Positions 9,484-19,199 of a stretch of 27,412 nucleotides of DNA are shown here, in pieces. Source of the stretch: Candidatus Hermodarchaeota archaeon (GTDB lineage Archaea; Asgardarchaeota; Heimdallarchaeia; Hodarchaeales; Hodarchaeaceae); contig JBHLKY010000035.1 in NCBI GenBank assembly GCA_048886185.1, forward strand, positions 1-27,412. Reading direction: 5' to 3'. Position 1 is the first letter of the stretch. The number at the start of each line of letters is the position of its first letter. The notes below the pieces were generated by a model that was given only the letters and a program-made list of their open reading frames with translations, did not search any database and was not told where the DNA came from. The position numbers and the translations under genes are program-made.

Positions 9484-9759
9484 ATGAGCTATAAATCACT
9501 TTCAATAATACAAGTTTTCTTTATTGCATTAGCTGCAATATCGGTATTTGATTTTGGATATATATGGACTGTAGATCCCTTAGGAACAGAGGATAATGAT
9601 GGTATCCTTTTTAATAAGATTCTGTTTGATGAAGATGAAGGGATAATAGGGCCTATATTTAAAGATATTGATTTTTGGGGAGTGATTCAGTTTTGGGCCT
9701 ATTGTTTCTTCATCGTAGCAATTTGTCAGCTGATAAAAGCCTTAACGGTGAAACCATAA
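9484..9759 (+). CDS. Small membrane protein (2 TM, acidic loop), unknown function
   Basis: Two hydrophobic helices flanking DPLGTEDNDG...DEDEG; ATG at 9484 is in frame with the track start at 9460. Confidence 0.6.
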   Translation: MSYKSLSIIQVFFIALAAISVFDFGYIWTVDPLGTEDNDGILFNKILFDEDEGIIGPIFKDIDFWGVIQFWAYCFFIVAICQLIKALTVKP

Positions 9760-9991
9760 TAGTTACAACAATTTCTCCATTTTTTTGATTCTCATGTTAA
9801 AAAAAACGATAATGGAAGCTTTTTCCATAAAATTATCTGTATTTCAAGCATGAAAGTTTACCATAGTCACATGCCATTTTCTGTAAGTATTTACGGACAT
9901 TGATTGACACATATAAAGATTTTTGTAAGTAAAGTATGATCTAGAGGATTTCAATCCAAGAAATTCTTAATCTAACGAATAAAAGTGATTA

Positions 9992-10891
9992 TTGTTGCAA
10001 ATCTCAGAGACCACAATGACCGATTGGTCCTTTTGGCATAGAGCATTATATGTTTTTTTTCCTCGTTTCTTAATTCCACGCTTTCTGAGTACATTTTTCC
10101 AATTTGAGGTGCATCATAAGAATAATTTGAACAATTTTCCTGAAGGAAGCCCAGTCATCTATTGTATCAACCACCGAAGTCATCTTGATGGCCTTATTGC
10201 GGCTAGTGCTGTCGTAGTACCACGTGGACCAAGAACTTGTATTGCTCTTATGGGTGCAGGAAATATAATGCAAGAAAATTGGCTTTTTAGACTGCTTCCT
10301 TATTTTGGTGCTTTTCCTATTTATCCAGAAAAGTCAGAGGTAGCATTAAATTTCGCGGCCAGACTATTGAAAAAGGGGATTGGCATAATTATTGCCCCCC
10401 AAGGTAAACGTATTATTCGCACTCCTTATGATGATTATTTCAATCTGGCTCGAGAAGGTAAAACAGGTGTAGGTAGACTTATATTAACACTTAATGGAAA
10501 AATTCCAGTAATACCAGCGTATATTCATGGAGCAGCAGAGGCTTTATCCCGAGGTAAAATTATTCCAAAGTTTGGTTGTTATATTTCTATTTCATTCGGT
10601 CCTCCTATTTTTTGGCATGAGTATTCACGTAATGGTGGTTGGAAAACTACTGATCCTGATTTTTTCTCAACTGCGCGAAAAATTACAGATAAAATAATGG
10701 AAAAAATCCGAGATCAGCTATTAATCCAAGAACAATCTCTTTTAATCATTCTTGAACAAAGTTTTGGAACGCCAATCAATAAGATTTCTATTCCCTCAAG
10801 CCAGAAAAGTAATTTTGATAAACTGGTTTATAAACTAGTTAGAGTTCATCCTAAGCGACTTCAGCAACTTATTAGTTCAGAATTTAAATAG
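9992..10891 (+). CDS. plsC: Lysophospholipid acyltransferase (PlsC/LPLAT family)
   Basis: Catalytic NHRSHLD (HX4D), GAFPI, APQGKR (PEGxR-like), KTGVGRL and IPVIPAYI blocks in the expected order. Confidence 0.88.
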   Translation: MLQISETTMTDWSFWHRALYVFFPRFLIPRFLSTFFQFEVHHKNNLNNFPEGSPVIYCINHRSHLDGLIAASAVVVPRGPRTCIALMGAGNIMQENWLFRLLPYFGAFPIYPEKSEVALNFAARLLKKGIGIIIAPQGKRIIRTPYDDYFNLAREGKTGVGRLILTLNGKIPVIPAYIHGAAEALSRGKIIPKFGCYISISFGPPIFWHEYSRNGGWKTTDPDFFSTARKITDKIMEKIRDQLLIQEQSLLIILEQSFGTPINKISIPSSQKSNFDKLVYKLVRVHPKRLQQLISSEFK

Positions 10892-11335
10892 AAACATTCC
10901 CAAAAGTCTTGTATAAAGTATTCTCAACTTCCAAAAGGCAGGATTAACACCAAAAATCTCCGAATTAAGACTCCCACTAGTTTCGAGAAAAGATTATCTG
11001 TTTTTTAAATTTTTAATCTTTGATGATGATCCATCAATGCAAAAGTGTCATGGATGCATTTTCCTTTACTTATTTTCTCAAATTTGTAAAAAGCTGGATT
11101 AACATTAATTGTTGTCACTATTATTTGTGGTTATTCAAACATAGATAGCTGACGATTGGATGTTTTTCTATATATAACCAAATTGTAATGTAATTGGATC
11201 CGCTCAAGTTATAGAACGTCTTTCCAAGCACATAATATATATTTGATAACAGAGAAAGCTCGTACATCCAAAGTTTGAATAAACCATCTTTCCCCCTAAA
11301 AAACTCCCTCTATAAGATAATTTGTAGTGAAAACA

Positions 11336-12097
11336 TTAAATTTTTCCCAAAAAATCTAACAAACGCGAGTTGAAGAATTTTGGATGTTCATGGGCTATTC
11401 CATGATCAAATGAGACTTTTTCTATAATGCAATGCTCTGGTAGGTATTTTTCCAACAAATAGAATGTCTCCTGAGGCACTATAGAATCTCCAGTTCCGTA
11501 AATGAGAAGAATTGGTATACACAAACTCTTTATCCGTCTAAGTAGGTTATTTGGATTTTCATTTAGTTGTGAGCTAACCCGATGAAGAAACAACCTATTA
11601 TGTTTCTTAATTCTATTCCAAACTAAATCAGTTAATATCGAAAAAAAATCTGATGCTTCAAGTGTTTTTTTTAATTTAAAGTTACTAATTCCATACGATT
11701 GAATTGTTGAAAACATAAATGGGATGGGACTAAGAAGTACAAGTCCTTTGATTTTTTTTGGAAATAATAGCGTATAAACTAATGCTAAAGCGGCACCAAC
11801 ACTATATCCAATGATAATTAGTGGTTTATCGATTTTTAAAACATTATTCAAGAAAATATAAGTATCTAAAACAATTTCTTTTGTCTTGGGGGCTTCATAG
11901 ATCTTATTTGAAGATAGCCCGAATCCACGAATATCATATGATATTAGGTGATATTGAGAAAATAGACTTTCACTTCGAAGCTGATACCGCCAATGCTTCC
12001 AAGAACTACCCAAAAGACCATGTATGAAGAATATAGGCTCACCTTTTCCAATTGAGTAATAGTAAAGCACACGTCCTTTATTTGTAAAATAAGGCAA
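11336..12097 (-). CDS. Alpha/beta-fold hydrolase (esterase/lipase-like)
   Basis: FIHGLLGS oxyanion loop, YDIRGFGLS, nucleophile elbow GYSVG, YGTGDSIVP (Asp), DHGIAHEHP (His). Confidence 0.9.
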   Translation of the reverse strand: MPYFTNKGRVLYYYSIGKGEPIFFIHGLLGSSWKHWRYQLRSESLFSQYHLISYDIRGFGLSSNKIYEAPKTKEIVLDTYIFLNNVLKIDKPLIIIGYSVGAALALVYTLLFPKKIKGLVLLSPIPFMFSTIQSYGISNFKLKKTLEASDFFSILTDLVWNRIKKHNRLFLHRVSSQLNENPNNLLRRIKSLCIPILLIYGTGDSIVPQETFYLLEKYLPEHCIIEKVSFDHGIAHEHPKFFNSRLLDFLGKI

Positions 12098-12275
12098 GAA
12101 AGAATCCCTTCTTAGTTTTACTTCATAGGCTAAGAATATTCATTACTCTGTCTCTTACTTTCTTCAACAGATATATAATTCCCTACAATAAAAGAATTGA
12201 TAGAAGTTTGGTTTTATGATTTAAGTATTACCTGATTTACCTGATTTGAGAATGGATTTTCTCCTTTAGTTTTTT

Positions 12276-12412
12276 TATACAGCGGATGTGTAATAACTGA
12301 CGTTATATGACATTTCAAAAGAAATATCCAAGAAAAATAAGGGGAAAAACTCCCTCTATCCACGAACTAAACCCTATTGCGTATAGCGCTGTTCGACTTC
12401 AGATTGAGATAA
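12276..12412 (+). repeat. Two-part dispersed element, copy 1 (MITE-like or structured-RNA-like)
   Basis: L motif 12285-12313 matches 22236-22264 at 21/29; R motif 12383-12412 matches 22337-22366 at 25/30; L-to-R spacing is 103 nt here and 106 nt in the other copy. Confidence 0.65.
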
Positions 12413-12584
12413 AGTAAGTTAATTAAAGGAAAAACTAGTATTCAAAATTTAAGGTATTAATGTGATTTTGCCTTTAAAAATGCTATCATAACTGGCTAAA
12501 TATCGAACCAAGAAAATAAAGTCAACCTAGCTAAAGAAGAGATTTAGGAAATCGTGAGATCAAAAATTATACGAGGATCGATAA

Positions 12585-12920
12585 ATGAAGGAGAAAAGTG
12601 ATTTAAAACTCATTTTTGATTACCAACGAAAATTTGATAGAAAACTTGGCTGGAACACCTATGAAAACCTTATTCAGGAACAAGAAATAATCAATTATTT
12701 ACAGCTCACCGTCTTAAAATTTACGGAAGAAGTCGGAGAAATTGCCCGGGAAATAAGAAAAATATTGAGGGACAAGAAATCATTTGATCCTGAAGCCTTT
12801 AAACACGAATTAGTAGATATATTCGTTTACTTAATTCAAGCATCAGTAGCACTGAAAATGGATCTGGCAGAGGAATACTACAAAAAAATGGAAATCAATA
12901 AACAAAGATTTCTAAAATGA
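12585..12920 (+). CDS. MazG-like nucleotide pyrophosphohydrolase
   Basis: LKFTEEVGEIAREIRK and ELVDIFVYL (EExxE...ExxD metal-binding pattern); C-terminal KKMEINKQRF. Confidence 0.88.
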   Translation: MKEKSDLKLIFDYQRKFDRKLGWNTYENLIQEQEIINYLQLTVLKFTEEVGEIAREIRKILRDKKSFDPEAFKHELVDIFVYLIQASVALKMDLAEEYYKKMEINKQRFLK

Positions 12921-13338
12921 TTACATTTGAGTACGGCAGTTTTTCCTTATTAGGTTTACTAGGATTAGATTCTACTTCTTATAAGTGTATCCCTTTTACA
13001 AGGAACCATAGTTTTTTATCGAGAATTAATTTGTCGTTAAAAATTCAATAGAGTGAAAAAATTGAGTTTTTTTTTAAATTTTAGGAATGAGGAAGAAGTT
13101 TTCAGAAAAAATATTATTATTGAGAAATTTTAAGTGATGAATTATATGCTCAACTGGACACTCAGACCCCCAAAACATCGAGGTCAAGCACAAAAAGCAA
13201 AATGAATTTCCACGATTTATTAATCTAGACAATTATGAATTTGAGTAACTTCAGAAAACAATTCATAGGTAATTTTTTATTCAGATTTCATATAGAGATT
13301 TTTCTAGGGATTAATGAAAGTGTCCAGCTCTGATCTTC

Positions 13339-14040
13339 TCATGGTAATGATTCAAATTTTAAAGTTTCTTGCAATTCCTTGAGGATTTGAATATTTTCAG
13401 GATTAATGGTGTCGATAATTTCCATAAATTTGAAAAATGAGGTCAGATCAATATTGTTCTCTACAATCAGGGATTCATATTGGATAAACCATTTGGAGAT
13501 TCTTTCACTTCTCTGTTTTTCATGAGTAAGATACCTCTGACGAAAATTATCGAGTTTTTCTACATTTAAATCTGGATTTTTTACTTTGACAAATTGTTTA
13601 ATTGCTGTAAAAGCCTGAGAGATCTTTTGTTCATGTTTTACAAGATCAGTGTGAAGAAAGATTCGTGCTGTTCTGCCATAGTAGGCTGTGTTATGACTTC
13701 CTTTCCGTAAAATAGTAACAGTCTGTATTAATTCAGCTTCTTCTAGTTTCTGTAAATGAAAGTATAGACTTTGTAAGCTGATATCTTTAGCTTTTGGGGC
13801 TTCTTCTTCGTCTTTGTCCTCCTCTGTTTGCATCTCCTTTAGAATAGATAATATTTCTCTCGCGTTTAACGCCCTACGCCTTCTACTGTTATCTAATCGA
13901 TCTAAAATTCCTTTACGTAATATTTGAATAATATGTAATCGCACTTTGTGACCGTAAACCTCTTCTTCTGGTCTCGAAATAATCTTCAGTGGAGGAAGAG
14001 ATTCCCAAAAACTGTATAATATTTCTCGTTTTTCATCCAT
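13339..14040 (-). CDS. Winged helix-turn-helix (ArsR-like) transcriptional regulator with C-terminal helical domain
   Basis: RLHIIQILRKG...ALNAREIL...SLQSLYFHLQKLEEAELIQ...TAYYGRTARIF; divergent from the GNAT gene. Confidence 0.85.
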   Translation of the reverse strand: MDEKREILYSFWESLPPLKIISRPEEEVYGHKVRLHIIQILRKGILDRLDNSRRRRALNAREILSILKEMQTEEDKDEEEAPKAKDISLQSLYFHLQKLEEAELIQTVTILRKGSHNTAYYGRTARIFLHTDLVKHEQKISQAFTAIKQFVKVKNPDLNVEKLDNFRQRYLTHEKQRSERISKWFIQYESLIVENNIDLTSFFKFMEIIDTINPENIQILKELQETLKFESLP

Positions 14041-14185
14041 TGTAATCTCGTCACAAAAATTGTGTGAAATGCCTGTACGGGGTTTGAATTATATATTATG
14101 CCAGTATAGTAAAGATTAAATACCTTTTGAATGAATAAAATTCATATTGAATCATTCAAGTTAATACTGAATGATTCCAATCTGA

Positions 14186-15202
14186 ATGGATTTATCATTT
14201 GATCAAGAAATTCTTACGAACAATTTATCATTAGAGAATAAGGAAAGAATAAAAATGGTCCAAGAAAGTTTAACTATCCGCAGTTATGAAAAAGGGGACG
14301 AAGAAGCCCAGACAGAAATATTTAACACAGTAATTATAGAAATGATACCTGAACCAGAACTCATAACAGCAGAAAAAGTTCGGAAACGTCACGAAGACCC
14401 AAATTTTATTCCAAAGCAAGTTCTATATCTTGTAAATCAAGATCAGAAGATTGTGGGGTATACTGAATGTCGGATTCATGGCGGCTTCCACGGCATTTTC
14501 TACCCTATGATTTTAAAGAAATACCGATCGAAAGAAACATTGGATCGATTGTTCAAAGCAATCTATGAATTTGCTAAAGAAGATTGTAAGAAAAATCCAG
14601 GAACGATCGAATCCCACTACGCATATGATTTCAAGAAAGCTCATGAATATTTCGAAAGTCAGACAATAGCAAAGGTAGTGGAAGTTCAAGATGCGCGTGA
14701 GATGCGTCTTCCAATAAACGAAATTAATTTTGAGATTTCGTCGGATTTTGAAATCAAACCTTTAACAAAAGATGATTTTTCAACGTTGATGACCTACCGT
14801 AAATCCAAGGAAAGTATTGTAGGCGAAGAAATTACGGTTGAGAATCTAACAGAGAGATTTGATAACGGAGAGATGTCATCAGAAGATTCTTTCCTCGTCT
14901 ACTGGAAAAGAGATTTAAAGGGATATATACATGTTGGAACATATTCACCTGCAGATAGAGGACAAAAAGACACCACGGTGTACGGTAATTTTGAGGGGAT
15001 GATTGTAGATCGAGAATTTCCAGATGGGGTAAGTCTTCGAAAGGCAATGATACAAGGAGCCAAGGATTATTTCACCAAACACAATGCAAAAGAAATGGTT
15101 GGAAGTATAGTACTTAACAATCCAGCACTTGAATTCTATAAGAAAATCGGTTTTAACATAAGTGAAGAGAAAGGGGCTAAACACTGGATCTATGAGCAAT
15201 AA
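14186..15202 (+). CDS. Tandem GNAT-family N-acetyltransferase-like protein
   Basis: TIRSYEKGDEE and EIKPLTKDD domain starts; C-terminal NNPALEFYKKIGF motif. Alternative ATG at 14255. Confidence 0.75.
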   Translation: MDLSFDQEILTNNLSLENKERIKMVQESLTIRSYEKGDEEAQTEIFNTVIIEMIPEPELITAEKVRKRHEDPNFIPKQVLYLVNQDQKIVGYTECRIHGGFHGIFYPMILKKYRSKETLDRLFKAIYEFAKEDCKKNPGTIESHYAYDFKKAHEYFESQTIAKVVEVQDAREMRLPINEINFEISSDFEIKPLTKDDFSTLMTYRKSKESIVGEEITVENLTERFDNGEMSSEDSFLVYWKRDLKGYIHVGTYSPADRGQKDTTVYGNFEGMIVDREFPDGVSLRKAMIQGAKDYFTKHNAKEMVGSIVLNNPALEFYKKIGFNISEEKGAKHWIYEQ

Positions 15203-15582
15203 GTGTAATTTTTCCCCTTATTCTTAATTGCTAAATGTTTCATGTTGTATCGGAGATCTTCGAGAAAAGAAGTAATGTAGATTCTTAAAAAGAACTACAA
15301 GTTCTTAAAAAGAAAATTTTACTAATCCATCAAGATCTGTCGTCAAAAAGCCTTCTTGAAATCTAAGCTTTAACATTAATCCAAACCAATATTATATGTA
15401 AAATCCTACTTCTTTTTATATGTTGAAGCACACCGATAAGTAGACACTGGCCGTAAAAAAGACAATATAGCTATCACTATTGTATAAAACAACAACCCTT
15501 AGCCTTACGTAGCACTCAACCTCTAGTAAGTAATACTCTTTCTGTTGATCAGATCACTACAAATTAACTCAAAATTTTCAAC

Positions 15583-16053
15583 CTAATCTGATTCGTATTC
15601 ATCAACATTAAAAGTAGCAAAATACGAAGCTTTTGGAATAATTTCTGTTGAGATAGGATATGGTTCCAGCTCCTTAAACTTTACATAATACCCCATAAAG
15701 GAAACTTTATGTACATTGCTTGAATTTAAAATGAAATCTCCTAGATCCTGACGCCTATATTGTATATTGATCAGTAGTGAAACTGTTCCTTCCCATACAC
15801 ATTCCACATCACTAGGACATCTGGAATCATCTAGGACATCTACAAACTTCAGTTTAATCCCATGATCTTTGATAATTACTGATTCTCCAATGTGAAGAGA
15901 AATATCAGTACCGATCTCACCAAAATTAACTTCTGTTGGTTGCGGCAATAAGAAAAATGCAATCATTGGTCCAATGATAATAGTAAATAAAGAAATGAGG
16001 TAAGAAATGAGGATAAAGAATACACTTTTTGAAATCAATTCAATTTTCTCCAC
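15583..16053 (-). CDS. Membrane-anchored protein with DSRCPxxxxCxWxG motif, unknown function
   Basis: N-terminal TM helix followed by a beta-rich domain containing VLDDSRCPSDVECVWEG. Confidence 0.75.
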   Translation of the reverse strand: MEKIELISKSVFFILISYLISLFTIIIGPMIAFFLLPQPTEVNFGEIGTDISLHIGESVIIKDHGIKLKFVDVLDDSRCPSDVECVWEGTVSLLINIQYRRQDLGDFILNSSNVHKVSFMGYYVKFKELEPYPISTEIIPKASYFATFNVDEYESD

Positions 16054-16663
16054 AAAATAACATGAATTATCAATCGAAAGACTTCAAATGATAAAATCAT
16101 TCATTTCTTAAGATACTAGTGTTTAGAACATGTGTTCTAAAAAGCGGAACATTTTCAGATTCTCTATTATTAAACAAATTGAGTTTTGAGTAAAGAATGG
16201 GGTTAATAATTGCATTTAAAAGATTAAAACTTAGATATACATCTAAAATCGGAGAAATGACCGAAGAAAAAGTGCTAAAGATAATCCTTGTAACACGATC
16301 TGCTATCATGGCATCCTAGAAACAAATTTTTGATCACAATCTTTATGCAGCTGATGTCTTATATACAGCTATAACCCTAGCTTCCCAGGTTAAGTTATTT
16401 ATTACTTTTCACGGCGATTTTTGTGGCAACTTAGAAATTTTCTCTATTTGGAATCCATTGGATCCCGAATTTAAGGAAAAATCATTAAATTTCAAAAAGA
16501 CTTCTTCAACTAGTAAAGTAAAACTACCTTGAATTGAGCTGTTCAGCCTCAGATCAATGTAAGAGATAGAGTAAAAAATCGAACCAAAGAGAAGATTAAT
16601 CAATACAGCTTTGAGTAAAGTATGCTTATAGCCTGTATTAAACGGTCAATGAGGAATAATTGT

Positions 16664-17374
16664 ATGCCCAATCGTTATTTCGCAGGCATTTGGCTCCTTC
16701 TCCTCTCCTTTCCTTTCTTTTTTCTGATTATTTTCCCTACTATTTCCACGATGAATGTCGAACTGAATCAAAAGGTGGTTGATCCTCACATATCTGAAGG
16801 TGTATTTGACTTGGAAGAGCCCATCTCCTATCACTTACAGTGGAGTGTCGTTTTTTCATTAAATGGTTACCCCTGGGGGTACTTAATATGGCCACATATG
16901 ATTAGTGGGGGGAATTGGTCGGCACCTTCTAGTCAAGGTTGGTTTGTCACAAATTTTTCAATGTGTCTTAATGATAAATTTAGTTATAATTTCTGGGTGA
17001 GTTTCCAAGTCCCCTATGATCCTTCTCCTACAAGTTATGGTTTTGCAGAGGTAGTAGAACCGTCTCTTGAAGAAGTTAAATATAATATAGATTTCTCTAC
17101 CTTACATTCTGGAGAAAATAATCTAACTATCAAGTGTCATTTCTATTCTAAAATTGAAAAAGCAGGTAAGGCAAACATGGATATTCATATTGGCCCTTTA
17201 ACTGTAGATATTACAGGACTTAGAGGAGCTGATGGGATACCTGATATGGCCCAACCCCTTCCAAGATTAAACGCTTATTTAGTAACTTTTATTTGTGGAA
17301 TAATATTCTTACCTGTAGCTGAGGCCGTTCGTTTCTATGGAAAATGGATGATACAGCAGTTAAAGCAGATTTAA
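16664..17374 (+). CDS. Membrane protein with N- and C-terminal TM helices and a beta-rich external domain, unknown function
   Basis: ATG at 16664 follows GAGGA (16651-16655); hydrophobic ends; aromatic, beta-rich middle. Track start 16622. Confidence 0.7.
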   Translation: MPNRYFAGIWLLLLSFPFFFLIIFPTISTMNVELNQKVVDPHISEGVFDLEEPISYHLQWSVVFSLNGYPWGYLIWPHMISGGNWSAPSSQGWFVTNFSMCLNDKFSYNFWVSFQVPYDPSPTSYGFAEVVEPSLEEVKYNIDFSTLHSGENNLTIKCHFYSKIEKAGKANMDIHIGPLTVDITGLRGADGIPDMAQPLPRLNAYLVTFICGIIFLPVAEAVRFYGKWMIQQLKQI

Positions 17375-17484
17375 TATCTGATTCATCTTTTAATAGAAGT
17401 TATAATCAGTTCTTGAATGATACCTCAAAAAATGGATAATGAAACTAAAATAAATTAGTTGTATAAGCAGCAAGGAACCAGTGT

Positions 17485-17916
17485 TTATTTTATGGCTTTA
17501 TCATTTGCTTCTGAAAGATGTTGTTGGCAAATTTTCCAACTTCCATCACGTTTCTCCAGAATACCAGTCCATCGAATATTTTTCGATCCCCAAGGTTCTC
17601 CATCGAATTCTCCTTCATCATCCACTATAGCAGAGAACCAAGCAACATCTTTATTTTGCGAGATTACAATCTTAAGGTTTCTTATTTCAAATCCTTTGGC
17701 GACATTACGTGGATCCATCCATCCCTCTAAAAATTTCTCAAATTCGTTCCAGCTTGTAGCTGTACTCTTAGAGTCCGGAAAATATGAAAAAAAATCATCA
17801 TCTTTTGCAAAGATACGTTCAAAGAGAGCACGATCCTTTGTCAAAGCCCACCCAAAAGCATCGTGGAGTATTTTGCTAATCTCCTGCTTAATTTTAGTTT
17901 CATTTAAAGAGGACAT
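17485..17916 (-). CDS. SnoaL-like / NTF2-fold protein
   Basis: LFERIFAKD, RNLKIVISQNKDVAWFSAIVD, RWTGILEKRDGSWKICQQHLS; ATG at 17916 preferred over the track start at 17964. Confidence 0.88.
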   Translation of the reverse strand: MSSLNETKIKQEISKILHDAFGWALTKDRALFERIFAKDDDFFSYFPDSKSTATSWNEFEKFLEGWMDPRNVAKGFEIRNLKIVISQNKDVAWFSAIVDDEGEFDGEPWGSKNIRWTGILEKRDGSWKICQQHLSEANDKAIK

Positions 17917-18134
17917 ATTAAGTTCAACAAAATTTATTTTTATTTCATTATAAATTTCGTACATTTATATTGTTTGGTGTCTCAGTTTCAGGTTTATACT
18001 TTAGAATATATTTTTCAAAACCTAACCGATGTCAAACGACATTAAGAATCCGAGGTTCACAGCCTCAAGAAAAAAGAGAAATGGTTGAAAATTCCCTCCA
18101 TCTACGACCTGGTCCATACATTAATCTAGAATAA

Positions 18135-18545
18135 CTAGAGAACTACTGGATCGATTACTTCTATATCTTTTATTCGACTAAATGCTTGGTCATGAGTCAC
18201 TAAATGTGTAATCCCTGCTTTTTTCATACAGATTAATATTGTCACATCACGCCCACCCAACCCAAGGTGTGAAACTCTTCTCATAGTGGCTAGTAACTCA
18301 TCCAAGTCTCGTGAAGTAAACTCCAATGTTTCAAATTGAGCTAATTGGAAAATATTACTCTTTTCAAATCCTTCTATAGACCCTAGTCTTTTAAAAAGAT
18401 AATGAGCAACCTCCACTATTATAATTGTGCTAACGGCAATATTTCCCGAATTAATCTGGGGATCAAGAAAAGAAACAACAGATTCATGTTCAGGAAGGTT
18501 TGCATCAAAATAGTATGCCCAAATATTACTGTCAACCATATACAT
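18135..18545 (-). CDS. vapC: PIN-domain toxin (VapC-like)
   Basis: PIN acidic residues in VDSNIW, IIVEVAH, GGRD and VTHD; start abuts the antitoxin stop codon. Confidence 0.9.
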   Translation of the reverse strand: MYMVDSNIWAYYFDANLPEHESVVSFLDPQINSGNIAVSTIIIVEVAHYLFKRLGSIEGFEKSNIFQLAQFETLEFTSRDLDELLATMRRVSHLGLGGRDVTILICMKKAGITHLVTHDQAFSRIKDIEVIDPVVL

Positions 18546-18782
18546 TTAGAGGTGAGGCCCCCATATTGATTTGAGCTCTAATGGATCAATTTTATGAGCT
18601 TCAACAGTAATACATGCTTTTAATTCTAATATAAATTTTTCAGGATCGATAAATCGCTTAATAATAAGGGCACCATCTTTTTCTCGAATAATAGCCTTTT
18701 GGCCAGGAGTTAAACCTAATCGTTCACGTTCTTCTTTGGGAATGGTAATTCTTCCACGATCATCAATTTCAATAATACCCAT
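18546..18782 (-). CDS. vapB: AbrB/MazE/SpoVT-family antitoxin (VapB-like)
   Basis: IEIDDRGRITIPKEERERLGLTPG AbrB motif; ATG at 18782 preferred (track 18812). Confidence 0.9.
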   Translation of the reverse strand: MGIIEIDDRGRITIPKEERERLGLTPGQKAIIREKDGALIIKRFIDPEKFILELKACITVEAHKIDPLELKSIWGPHL

Positions 18783-18814
18783 TGCATTACCCATTCCCAC
18801 TCTCAAACCCACTC

Positions 18815-18824
18815 ATTTATAAAA
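18815..18824 (-). promoter_or_regulatory. Possible archaeal TATA box for vapBC
   Basis: TTTTATAAAT on the minus strand about 33 nt upstream of ATG 18782; an ATTGATTAT direct repeat lies just upstream (18827-18835, 18843-18851). Weak in AT-rich DNA. Confidence 0.3.
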
Positions 18825-19199
18825 CTATTGATTATGAAAAAGATTGATTATATTAACTTGAGTATTTCAAGGACTATTCTAAAATTATGACTTCATAGGA
18901 ATATCGTCCTATTTTTTATAAAAAGACCCTATCAATTCATCATTTTACTAATCTTTAGAAAGCTCTAATGAACTGACAAATTAATAACCTATTTCAGTAG
19001 ATTAATCATTTTAAAAGTAATATCAAAGATTTATCACCATTTATTTTTATAAAGCTAAATCCAATGGTTACATTTGGCCTTTCGTGTGCTGAAAAACATA
19101 CCTAATGACATTGAAAGAACTCAAAGTTCATTTAGAAAGTTTTTGATGAATACCATTTGTGTAACTAGATTATTCCGATTTTTAGAAGAGTGGATAAAG

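Noticed and set aside
12228-12245. TTACCTGAT tandem duplication as a target-site-duplication footprint
   Set aside because: Only two 9-nt copies, not flanking the nearby element; slippage explains it equally well.
15282-15314. TTCTTAAAAAGAA repeated at 20-nt spacing downstream of the GNAT gene
   Set aside because: Low-complexity AT-rich sequence; could be a terminator or operator but unsupported.
16097-16603. Minus-strand ORFs 16097-16309 and 16409-16603
   Set aside because: No recognisable motif or convincing start context; probably spurious or decayed sequence.
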